NCBI GenBank assembly: GCA_951406725.2
Contig: OX597817.1
Coordinates: 9,734,001-9,798,000, forward strand
Direction: 5' to 3'
Source: Octopus vulgaris
Taxonomy: Eukaryota
DNA length: 64,000 nucleotides
Shown here: positions 52,661-64,000 of the stretch, piece by piece
Layout of the letters: each line of letters opens with the position of its first letter
How positions within the stretch are numbered: position 1 is the first letter of the stretch
Program-made: the position numbers and the translations under genes
Notes under the pieces: model-generated
What the model was told of the DNA's origin: nothing
Databases searched by the model: none
What the model saw: only the letters and a program-made list of their open reading frames with translations

Positions 52661-53974
52661 GAGATTTATTTTGGTGAATAGATGCGTACACTTGAGTGTG
52701 TGCATCGGCAGCTCAACCAATGGAACAATTGAGCCACGTCTTTGCAAATACCAGGAACTGACTTAATTCAAAATGTTTGTCGCTTTGTTAGCGACAGCCT
52801 TTAACTCTCTTAAGAAGAACTTGAATAAAACTCAAAGAAGAAACATAAATATGCGTGTGTGCGTTTGCCTTTCGTGAGTACGTATGTTTATGAGTTCAGC
52901 TGTAAGCCGATGCAAGTCATCTTATAATTATCAGAAAGTGCAGCATGCTGACAAAAGACGATCTCTGTGGAATTGAATCAGTAAGTACTTATATATTATG
53001 CAAGTGAAGTGCTATTAAGATAGCGTCACTTTCAATCTGCTAAATCCTGCCTGTCAGTCACCTTATTTTAATTATTTACGCAATTGGAATATGGAATCAG
53101 TCACATATCATAACTTGCAATATTATTTTATCATCTCCCAGTCTTCGAAAATTATTAGCCACTATCAATTGGCAAATTATGAATATTGTTACAGAAACAG
53201 AAGAACAGACATATACATACACACACGTGCAACTAACACAGTACGAATATTATATTTAATCATATACACACACGTATAGATCCAGACTGATATATCATAA
53301 TACGCTGCAATGCAGCTATGAGTGGAAAGAAGGAATATGATCTTTTCCTCATCCGAAGAAGCTGACTGTCTACTTCGAGAAAGTTGATCTCGGCTCAACG
53401 TCTCTCTTGAATGTGTGAGATTCGAAGCCTGTTATAATTATTGTTGTTGCTGTTCTTATTATTTTACTGCGTAAGCGAGCAACTTCGTCCAGCGTCATAA
53501 TACAAATTGATTTATTGGCCGGAACACTTGACCAGATATCCACGAGTTCCGTCACAAACAAATTACATCAGCCGCCAAAAGATGATGTTTCCCTACAATT
53601 ATCGATTCAAGTGTCTTGTTTACAATATTTAAGAGGCTTATCTTTCCATAATTTACCACATATCAACGGAGATTACATTTTGGCCACTTTTCAATTGTAT
53701 CTTAAAGAAGTGTGATAAGTGAAAAGACAAAGTATTGGGCTCTTGGATTAGATTTTGTGAGTCTATTGTATAAGCGAGAAGTTATTCTTTTTTAGTATAC
53801 ACTCTATAGGAGATTTTGCGTGTGTTTACAATATATGTATGCAAGTATAACTTTGTTAGTATATTTTTCATGGAAACTACATTGGAATGTTATGCATTCG
53901 AAAGAAAAGAATACATTTTTGTGCTTCTACAAGGCTTGCCATACTGATTGGGAAGACAGTAGTTCGACTATAGT

Positions 53975-54358
53975 GGTGGAAGCACTCCGTCGGTTACGAC
54001 GATGAGGGTTCCGGTTGATCCGATCAACGGAACAGCCTGCTCGTGAAATTGACGTGCAAGTGGCTGAGCACTCCACAGACACGTGTACCCTTAAAGTAGT
54101 TTTCGGGGATATTCAGCGTGACACAGAGAGTGACAAGGCCGGCCCTTTGAAATACAGGTACAACAGAAACAGGAAGTAAGAGTGAGAGAAAGTTGTGGTG
54201 AAAGAGTACAGCAGGGATCACCACCATCCCCTGCCGGAGCCTCGTGGAGCTTTAGGTGCTTTCGCTCAATAAACACTCACAACGCCCGGTCTGGGAATCG
54301 AAACCGTGATCCTACGACCGCGAGTCCGCTGCCCTAACCACTGGGCCATTGCGCCTCC
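53975..54358 (-). mobile_element. SINE B (head1/mid1, tail X) with TSD
   Basis: gttc(g/a)actatagt at 53962-53974 and 54362-54374. Confidence 0.93.
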
Positions 54359-54509
54359 ACTGTTCAACTATAGTAACGAATAATTAGACAAACTATCTCT
54401 GAGGAAAACTTTACATAAATAATTATGAAAATGGATTAGTACGCAACTCGAAATAAGAAAAACTGAAAGGTATGAAGAAAAGGTGAAAAACAATAGTTCA
54501 ACATTTATA

Positions 54510-54731
54510 AGGCGGTGAGCTGACAGAATTGTCAGCGCGCCGGACAAAATGTTTGGCGGCATCTCGACTGTCTTAACGTTCTGCGTTCAAATTCTGCCGA
54601 GGTCGGTTTTAACTTTCATCCTTTCAGGATCGATAAAATAAATACCAGTTGAGTACTAGGGTCGATTTAATCGACTTATCCCCTCCCCCAAATCTGGTGG
54701 TCTTGTGTAAAAATTTGAAACCAATATTGCA

Positions 54732-54781
<50 letters not shown>

Positions 54782-55185
54782 TGACAGAATCGTTAGCTTG
54801 CCAGACAAAATGCTTCGCGGCATTTCATCCGTCTTAACTTTCTGAGTTTAAATTCCGCCGAAGTTGATTTTTATCCTTTCATCCTCTCGGGGTTCTGGGG
54901 TCAATGATATTGACTTATCTCTTCCCCTAAAATTGCTGACTTTGTGCCAAAATTTGAAATCAATATTAGGCACAATTTTAAGGCGGAGATCTGATAGAAT
55001 CGTTAGCACACCAGGCAAAATGCTTAGCAACATTTCGTCCTCCTTTACGTTCAAATGTTGCAGGGGCTGACTTTGCTGATCTTCCTTTCGGCATCGATAA
55101 AGTACCAGTTGGTCGCTGTGGTCAATATAATCTACTTACTCCCTCCATCGAAATTGCTGGCCTTGTGCTAATATTTGAAACTAAT
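54510..55185 (+). mobile_element. Three consecutive older SINE C copies (alternative tail)
   Basis: Three head/core repeats, each ending in a ttgtg...atttgaaa...aatatt tail. Confidence 0.8.
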
Positions 55186-55984
55186 ATTATTCACAACTTT
55201 ACTGATTACACGATGAATTAGACTATGGAATTTCTCAAGTGGTGTTCGGCTTAAAAAAAATCCATGTCCAATGTATGGTAGAATGTAAAGACTTGTGCAC
55301 CGTAATCCTTTTTTCAGCAAAATAATCATGCATTGTGATTTCTCGAATGCAGTTGTCAGTTGATCTGAAGGATACATGTCATTTATATACGTTTTTTCTT
55401 TTTCCAAATCTTTCTGGAGAGAGATTTCATAATCTTTTGTAAAAATTTCCAAACCCATAAAACCAGCAGAAAGAGTTCTACTCTGCAATCTACATCTTAC
55501 CTATAGTACTATCTACACTCAAGGATTCAAGAGATATTTTCGAATGAGGAGTCTGTAGAATGAAAACTGACATTGAAGAATTGAATAGCATAGTCAACAG
55601 AACCGGTTATCTAGAGCTAGTAATTATAGTTTACAAACGAAGGCCAGAAGGAATGAGAAGCTTTGAAAATATCGATCTACTCAGACACGTCACAATGATA
55701 CCTCCAGCAAAGAATATGAACTTCAGCCACATAACAAAGCATGATTCTGCCTGAAAAGAAAGAACCATTGGAATTAAATTGCACAATGTTTTGGCGGTTT
55801 CCATATATTTATACACATGTGAGAATTGGACACTGATTAAAGAGATCAATAGAAAAATATCAATCTTTTAATGTCAGGAATACTCTTGATATATTGCACA
55901 GGAATTGCCAACGCAACAGAAATATTCCAGTGTATACTGGTTATCCTTGCTTGCAAAGACGATTATAACTATATATTGTACATA

Positions 55985-56070
<86 letters not shown>

Positions 56071-56249
56071 TGTGTGTCTGTGTGTGGCAGTGTGTGCTTT
56101 GGCTGGCGTGTTTGTGTGTGACTGCGTGTTTGAATCTCATTCTTACTGCTTGATAATTAAACTAAGTTTGTTTCCATCTCTGTAACTTAGTTGTTCAGCA
56201 AAACAGAAACGACAGAATAAGTGGCACGCTTAAAATAGTAATGTAAGTT

Positions 56250-57010
56250 GATTCAGTCGGTTAAAAAACTAAGCGTTTTCTCAAGTACAGCCAGGCGCCA
56301 GATATCTCCTTCCTTTGTCATCTCCTTCTCAAGGTATAGCGTCTTGAGCTCGGCCTTCAATCTTTTGTCCGATATCTTCCTAGATTTTCCTCTTCCACAA
56401 GTTCCATCCACTTTAAGTTCCATCCAGTTTATGCGACTGCCCACATCCATATGCATCATATGATGCTCATCTCTTTTGCACACTACATCTAATTCCTCTC
56501 ATACCTAGCGTTCTTTTGCACTTGTATACTGACAATGTACATCCAGCGGAGCGTACCAGCTTCATTCCTCTCTACCCTTCATATGTCCTCTGCAACCAAG
56601 GCCCACGTCTCATTAACATGTAACATACAGATGGCTACACCGTATGCTACTCTGCCCGATATTTTAAGCATTTCAGTAGTGACAGCTGATGGATCAGGGG
56701 CTTTCCCTGTCATATCTTCAATTGTTTTATTTATCATACTGCTGTCGAATAGGATAGCTGCTTCTTCTGTTCGGTCCACATGGGTGAGACTCCACTTCTC
56801 CCATTTGTTTTCCACATTTAACAGCATTTCGTAGTAGCTCTTCCACAAATCTTTCTTTTCAGAATCACTAAGTGCAAGCATACCACTCTCAATCCATAAA
56901 AAAAACTTATCTTCAAAGACATCTCGATTCCATCTGACGCAGTATATCAATCCGGAACACCACAAGTTTTGGGATCTTCATGCGGTAAGGTTATAGCAAT
57001 GTTCTTGTTC
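56250..57010 (-). mobile_element. RTE-like LINE relic with RT core deleted
   Basis: WKSYYEMLLNVEN...GKAPDPSAVTTEMLK joins in frame to MLHVNETWAL, then GRGKSRK...WRLAV. Confidence 0.75.
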
Positions 57011-57039
57011 ACTTCTACTGTATACAACAGTGATTAAAA

Positions 57040-57786
57040 GGAAGGTGTGTAGCGTGTGATCGTTGCATTGACCATGGTAGAAAAAGCTGAGCAGAGAATC
57101 TTCATGAAATTTTACCAAAAGCTAATCGATTCCTGCTCAGGGACCTGCACAAAGTTTTCAAAAAGTTTTATGGTTCTTGATACAAGCAAGAAGATCTTGT
57201 GTAACTGAAAACCCGAGTGTCTTTTTGGTCAGCTGAAAGCCGTTTTGGCACAAACTTGGAAGATACGCGTCTCATGCCCTAATCTTCAGTGATAATAGAC
57301 TGAACTGAACCGTATCTAATCTGCTCATGTACTGATAACTCACGGATGGTGATTCAACGATTTCCCTTCACAGCTGCACGTACATCTGCGATGTTTTCCT
57401 CAGTTCTGCTAGTTGCGGGTCATCCAGAACGTTCGTCAATATCGATATTTTTACGGCCATCTTGGAAACGTCTGAACCTCTCGTAGAATTGTTTGCGGCT
57501 CATACACTCCTCTCTATACACTTTCTGCAACTACGCGTAGGCCTTTTTAGCAGGTATCGCCACGACAACTTTTTCTGTCATGATCCGTGCGACGATCACA
57601 CGTTGCACACGTTGCACACCTACCTTCCAAGCACTGCTGTAAACAGCAGAAGTGAGCTAGTACGTTAAAACATAGTGCGCATGCACAGCAGATTTCAAGG
57701 TCAATCTGTGCCAAGCGGCTTTACTGTGCGTGCTTTAGCTTCGTTAATATGGGAACAATCCGGATACTTATTGATCACACCTCGTA
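57040..57786 (-). mobile_element. Mariner relics (minus-strand 5' half with TIR; short plus-strand N-terminal piece at about 57075-57170)
   Basis: TIR tacgaggtgtgatcaataagtatccgg; FRRFQDGRKNIDIDERSG; GMRRVSSKFVPKRLSADQK. Confidence 0.8.
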
Positions 57787-58295
57787 TGCATGAGAATAGA
57801 TGCATAAAACAAAACATAGAACTCTGCACATATACATATTCCTATGAAGTAGCCTTGAATCTAGCTCAGAAACTGACTCTTTCTCCATTGGCAAGAAATC
57901 TTGAAATGTAATTGAATAATGACATACATACAAGCACACACATGTTATATATTCTCTTTCTAAAAGCAATTTTCTATGTTATGCTACAATTAATTACAGG
58001 CTGTATGAAGAAAATAATGTCGACCTTATGATCCTAACTCGATGTAGGATCAGAAATAACGTAAGAACGTAAAAGCCCAGCAAATTAACACAAAACAAAC
58101 TGGACATTAAGAACAAATAGATTTAATTAGAGAATGGAATCCAGTTTAACAAAACCAGGGAATTTCCCTCATCAGCTACAGATCCGATAGCAGTATGTGT
58201 GTGAGTGTGTGTGTGTGTGTGTGTGCATATGTGTGTGTATGTGTGTATGTGTATGTATGTGTGCATGCATCCTTTGTGAGAGCATGCGGATCTGT

Positions 58296-58445
58296 ATTAC
58301 TCTTTTACTCTTTTACTTGTTTCAGTCAGTTGACTGTGGCCATGCTGGAGCACCGCCTTTAGTCGAGCAACTCGACCACGGGACTTATTCTCTGTAAGCC
58401 CAGTACTTATTCTATCGGCCTCTTTTGCCGAACCGCTAAGTGAAG
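58296..58445 (-). mobile_element. SINE A 3' fragment
   Basis: Tail match. Confidence 0.85.
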
Positions 58446-59261
58446 ATTTAATATATCGATGACAATAAAAAGTGATTCAATTCAAAAATATATATCTATA
58501 TGTATAAGTGGAATTGCATGTTTGTGAATACATGTGGATACATACACATATATTCATTCATATATATATGTATGTATATCTAGCTATCTCTCTATACACA
58601 CACACACACACACACAAACATATATATATGTATACAACTGTATTTTTATATATACATATGTGCATACATACACACTTGGATATACAAAATTATAAAATTG
58701 CGTCTATATATATACATATGCTTAAACTTGAACTCCGAACTGCAAATATATTTTACTGGAACCTCATTAGTTTAGTGGCGCCAAATGTTGAGAAAAGAAC
58801 GTATTTTACAAAGACAGGAATTTCTGAGAACTGAAAACGTTTCAGAATCAGTGAGATAAGCGATAAGATTGTTGAAAGTTTCTTAAAGCTTATGAAGTTC
58901 CATCGTAATCTGGAGATTTGTTGTAAACTTAAGCACGCCTATTTATCTTATTCAATTATATGAATGTCTGAGAAAGAGAAAATGAAATTTGTAGGTTTCA
59001 TTTCCTCGCTCAGAATCGCGTATGGCTCTTAATAAAACAAACTGTCAGTAAAATTTATCTTCATTCTTTTTTCTGAAGTTCTTGTCATAATTGAACCCAA
59101 TCTCTCATAGTGAATATGGAATCTTGCTGAATCGTTATTTTGTTTTTCCTAGTTCGAATTAACAATTGCTTAGCTTAAAGTTGTGGAACATGATATGTAA
59201 ATTTATGTTACCAAAGACAAAAAGCATACTTTTAGAAATCTATCATAATTTGTTTTTTCTG

Positions 59262-59465
59262 TTTTTTTTTGCTTGTTTCCATGATTGGACTGTGACCAAG
59301 CTGGATCTAGTTGCAGCATTACTCATCTTTGCCAGCTGAGTGAACCGGAGCAACGAGAATTGAAGTGTTTTCCTCAAGAACACAACACACCGCCCGAACC
59401 AGGAGTCGAAACCACCATCCTACGATCATGCAAAATTCTAACCACTAAGCCATGCACTACCACTT
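59262..59465 (-). mobile_element. SINE with head2/mid2 and a SINE-A-type tail
   Basis: cactcagctggcaaagatgagta followed by ccagcttggtcacagtccaatcatggaaacaag. Confidence 0.7.
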
Positions 59466-59559
59466 AGCTTATTATATTCAAGGAACAAAAATAATTTCTT
59501 GTCACGATATATGTTAATTTCTTTTCCAATTAGAGTAAATGGAAATGGTTATGCCTACA

Positions 59560-60050
59560 CGGAAACCGTAATTTCTTATTTTTCCAAGAACACTCTTTAC
59601 ATGATCGACATGCTGATCACGAGATTCAGTTCTAATTAATATATCATGGAATATATCATGGTACGGAATGCGAATTTACAGTCCGCAAACATCGCATCCA
59701 TAACCTACTGAAAAATTGCAGATGCGACCTTTAGACCAAAAGGTAATCTGTTATATGATATTTATATAGTTCTTTATGCGTATTCATTGTTGGAAATTTC
59801 GAGCATTCCTCGTCTAATTTAATTTGCAGGTACGCATCGGACAGATCCAGTTTCGAAAATATCTTGTCATCGTTTAATTTAGCAACATTATTCCCTGGAG
59901 TAGGTAGCGGATAGAGGCACAATTTTAGAGAGTCATTTAAACCAGTAGAAAAATCGACACACACCCTGATTTTGATATTCTTTTTTTTTAATACACACAG
60001 TTGGTGCTTCCTATTTAGAACAATCCACTTTTTTAGTAATTACTAAATTT
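59560..60050 (-). mobile_element. Gypsy LTR-retrotransposon RT relic
   Basis: IRVCVDFSTGLN...YPLP...FSKLDLSDAYLQI...NTHKELYKY. Confidence 0.85.
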
Positions 60051-60059
60051 TTAATAATT

Positions 60060-60315
60060 ACGGTTTCCCTGTTTCTGTGGCGTATGTGTTCCCCTCAGCT
60101 GGACGGGACGCCAGTCCGTCGCAGAGTTACTCAAGAAGGGAGAGAGTGAGAGAAAGTTATGGCGAAAGAGTACAACAGGGGTCACCACCACCCCTACCGG
60201 AGCCTCATGGAGATTTCAGGTGTTTCCGCTCAATAAACACACACAACGCCCGGTCTGGGAATCGAAACCACGATCCTCCGACCGCGAGTCCGCTGCCCTA
60301 ACCATTGCACCTCCC
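60060..60315 (-). mobile_element. SINE B (head1/mid1, tail Y)
   Basis: Matches 2407-2730. Confidence 0.85.
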
Positions 60316-60432
60316 TATATTATATTATATATTATATTATTTATATGTGTGTCGTTAGCTAAGTGGAAGAGATATCTTCTTCGGGCTATAAACGCCAGTA
60401 ACAGTGTCCCGTATAGCCAGGAAAAAACATGG

Positions 60433-61715
60433 ATTACATGGAAAAGTGCGAGCGAGAGAAATAATATTGTTAGCATTATAAACCTGGAAAATTACAGGAC
60501 AAGTTATTACACTTGGAAAAGTTCAGGACAACTTATTACACCTGGTAAAGTACAGAACAAGAACATATTTACTTAAAATATTGCATCTAAGGATAAAATT
60601 CGAATATTAAAAATTATTTGATTTTAATTTACAAAGTAACATTATAATCAAAAAAGATACCATCATTTTCTTAAAATATTGACACACTAGAATACTTTAA
60701 AAATGTACCAATATAGGTAAAGTTGTATGCAAAGTAGAATAGCATATATGTTGGGAAAATTCATTATTTAAAAAGTAGGCATTGGGTAACAACTAAAAAT
60801 GTGAGAACTTAGGCAATAACTCAAGCAAATTTTACTGAGAATTTGTTGTTATAGGTAGGTTTTCCTCTAGTATCAGGTCATCCCATAACTTCTGTCCGAT
60901 TTTACCTTTTTTTAAATTGAATGAAATTTAATAGTATTTTAGAATGTCTAATGGAATTAAAAATTATTTTTATACATTTGTGTATATTTAAACTAATTAA
61001 ATATTATTTTACAGAATAATAGAAAATAAAATTTCTTTGATTAAAACCGTTTCTAACATGGAAGTATCCAAAGAGCATTTGAGACTCATAATGCTTTATG
61101 AGTATAAAAAAGGAAACTCTGCAGCCGAAGCGACTCGAAACATACACTCAGTTTATGGGAAAGAATGCTTGACTGAAAGAACTTGCAGAAGATGGCTTGC
61201 AAAAGTCAGAAGTGGAGATTTCAGCCTTGAAGATGAAGATCGAACAGGACGTCCAGTTGAGTTTGATGATAAGCTCCTTGAGGCATTACTTGAAGAAAAT
61301 TCTGCATTATCAGTTGAAGAATTGGTAATAAAGCTTAGTTCAAACCATACAACTGTTCATCGTCATATTCAACAACTTGGAAAGGTTCCTAAATGCATTA
61401 TTCTTAAAGTCCAAAAAGTATTTCAATTGAGTTATTTCTTATTTTTAATAAAAGTAATAAGTAATAACAAATAGCAGTAATAACGTATAATAAAGTTTTT
61501 TGTCTTAATAAAAGCTTAATATTTGCTAAATCTAAATATTTTATTTGAAGTTTTATCCATAGCTGCAATATTTAAGTAAAAATCTTTCTTGTTCTGTACT
61601 TTACCAGGTGTAATAAGTTGTCCTGAACTTTTCCAAGTGTAATAACTTGTCCTGTAATTTTCCAGGTATATAACCTTAAGAATATTATTTCTTTTGCTCA
61701 CATTTTCTATGTAAT
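60433..61715. mobile_element. Element with roughly 190-bp inverted arms, each holding 29-bp direct repeats
   Basis: 60433-60620 is the inverse of about 61530-61715. Unit acacttggaaaagttcaggacaacttatt occurs about three times per arm. Confidence 0.7.
60871..61395 (+). mobile_element. Mariner 5' half: TIR plus open N-terminal HTH region, truncated before WVPHEL
   Basis: MEVSKEHLRLIMLYEYKKGNSAAEATRNIHSVYG...RSGDFSLEDEDRTGRP...QLGKVPK. Confidence 0.9.
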
Positions 61716-61771
61716 ATAAATTATACGTACATAAATTATATGAACAATTCTTATTCCATTCTGGATCATAA

Positions 61772-61809
61772 CTGTCCGATGAACGCGAACGTGAAACTCT
61801 GAGTAGCAG
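61772..61809 (+). ncRNA. Minimal hammerhead motif, U4-to-C variant
   Basis: ctgt-CCGATGA-acg(cgaa)cgt-GAA-A(ctctgag)T-a-gcag, close to a (TA)n tract. Confidence 0.55.
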
Positions 61810-61843
61810 CTGTTTTTGTGATATTTTTGTGATGCTTTTACAG

Positions 61844-61920
<77 letters not shown>

Positions 61921-63164
61921 TGAATGACTTCTAAACATTATTATCATATTAAGTCTTCCGAAAATGTTGCTCCCTCAAATCTGTTGTATGGTATCCACTC
62001 CCTAATGTTGTTTACCATTACACGTTGCTATAGTAACATTGATATAATTTGTAGTCATTATATATTGATATCTTGACGATGTACGTCAGTATAGCAATAT
62101 CTCGGTGATGTTTAACATATGCACTATTTATTACTATTTAGGGACACTCACACCCTATTATTAGCATATATTCAAATATTAACTAGGATGAAGTCTCACA
62201 TGACACGGTTACCTAACTACATATCTCTCACATTCTGTCTCATCATATCTATCTATCTATCTATCTATCGATCTATCGATCTATATACCAACCTACATAT
62301 CTGTCTGTTTATCTGTCCATTTATCAATCTATCTGTTCGAGCAAAATATAATGATACACACGTATGTAAAACTTTGAAATAAAATCTAACTACTTGTTCA
62401 AATAGATACATAATAATATTTTATGTCTTGTCAGGATACGATCGTGTTTTTACTAGAATGACAACCATAAAACTTTTGAGCGTGTGATGCCTCATTAGCA
62501 GAACAAGAAAAGAGTTGTAAGAGGAGTTTACTGTTTATAGATATTACGATGTAAAACCAGTGATATAAGGAAACATAAAATAAAATAAAAACAAAATACG
62601 CTTTTAATAGTCTTTACCATTTGCTTTTAATTGACTTTACAAAGAGTCCTTGAACCATTGAAATTAACATTAAAAATGTTATTTAAGATCTAGAGTTTAT
62701 GATGTATTTCTTTAATATATATATTTGTTTTTATTTTCGAGTGTCTCTTCAGTTTTTATTTTATATTGCCTTATCATTAGATTATTGGTTTAAGCCCGAT
62801 TTGTGTCCTTTTTTTTTATTTTACATTCACTGAACTCTTCAACCTGTTTTACAAGTTAAATATTTTCGTTATAATTGTGAGGTACTTATTTTTATAGGTA
62901 GTATAAAAGCCAATTTCTCACAGTTGATTTTTAATTCAATTTTTATTGCTAACTTCAGTAATCCTGGCATTCATTTAAAACTCTTTTACACGTAAATTTG
63001 GATATAACAGTAAACATTATGTAGATTTATATTTAATACATTCTTGTGCACTTTGATTTTAGACCCCAAATCCTTTTGTCACTCTAGTTTACAGGAGTGT
63101 GTTGCTAATACAATGTACACCCCATTGTTTTAATCGTTGCTGCTCCGTATACTTATAATCATTT

Positions 63165-63362
63165 TTATATAGGCACTAGGCATGAAATTTTGACGGAGGG
63201 AGCCTATACAATTACAACGACTCCAGTACTTATTTTATCGACCTTGAAAGGATGAAAAGCAAAGTCAACCTCAGCGAAATTTCAAATCGGAACGTAGGGC
63301 CAAAGGAAATACTCCTAAGCATTTCGTCCGGCATGCTAACGATTCAGCCAGCTCGCCGCCTT
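63165..63362 (-). mobile_element. SINE C
   Basis: Family match. Confidence 0.85.
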
Positions 63363-63499
63363 TCGTTTACTTATGATAATAAATAATTTGCAAAATCCAA
63401 TTGCAATTCTCATTGTTGTTTCGCTGATGATACAATATACTTTCAAAGTAAATAATTATATCACTTTAAGATATCTTAATTAGTTTAAGTAGCATTAAT

Positions 63500-63850
63500 T
63501 ATTCTTTTACTCTTTTAATTGTTTCGGTCATTTGACTGTAGCCATGCTGGAGCACCGCTTTTAGTCGAGCAAATCGACCCCAGGACTTATTCTTTGTAAG
63601 CCTAGTACTTCATCCATCGGTTGTCAAACGACGGGGTGGGGGCAAACACAGACACACAAACGTATCCACATACATACATATACGTATAGATATATACGAC
63701 GGGCTTCTTTCAGTTTCCGTCTAACAAATCCACTCACAAGTCTTTGGTCGGTCCGAGGCTATAGCGAAAGACACTTTCCCAAGGTGCACGCAGTGGGACT
63801 GAACCTAGATCCACGTGGTTGGTAAGCAAGCTACTTACCACACAGCCACA
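63500..63850 (-). mobile_element. SINE A with internal deletion
   Basis: Family match. Confidence 0.88.
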
Positions 63851-64000
63851 AATTTTAAAGTGTGTTTAAACTTAGTATGTTAAATTTAACGTCTTCTACC
63901 TCGGGCCGACCAAAGCTTTGTGAGTGGATTTCGTAGAAGGAAACTGAAGGAAGCTCATCACACACACACACACACAGACACACAGACACACACACACACA

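Noticed and set aside
61037-61474. SETMAR-like host gene
   Set aside because: There is no SET domain and a TIR lies directly upstream, so it is a truncated mariner.
62470-62760. Minus-strand CTAATGA and CTGAAGA...GAAA motifs
   Set aside because: The core is mutated or stems I and III are missing.

Overview
This is AT-rich eukaryotic genomic DNA saturated with microsatellites and transposable elements; no prokaryotic features and no intact multi-exon host gene are recognisable. The tRNA-headed SINEs and very dense (TA)n/(CA)n/(TATC)n/(TATG)n/(AAT)n tracts resemble an Octopus-type cephalopod genome, which is an inference from memory and not a search result. Contents: three SINE groups (called A, B, C here), a frameshifted CR1/L2-group LINE whose 3' end matches SINE A, internally deleted CR1 and RTE LINEs, R4/Dong-like 3' ends inside (AAT)n, mariner relics, two non-autonomous Helitrons, MITE-like and palindromic elements, and a Gypsy RT relic. 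The most striking signal is a set of minimal type-I hammerhead ribozyme motifs in short, mostly (TA)n-associated Penelope-like repeats. They show three versions of the core 3-8 pair (C-G, U-A, G-C), and the G-C form also occurs as an inverted dimer bounded by a 13-bp direct repeat. Other notable items are a 5'-inverted RTE insertion, combinatorial SINE module swapping, single-headed SINE multimers with a fixed junction, and a speculative terminal exon whose UAG is followed by 83 open codons. Most ORFs in the supplied track are microsatellite or repeat artefacts.
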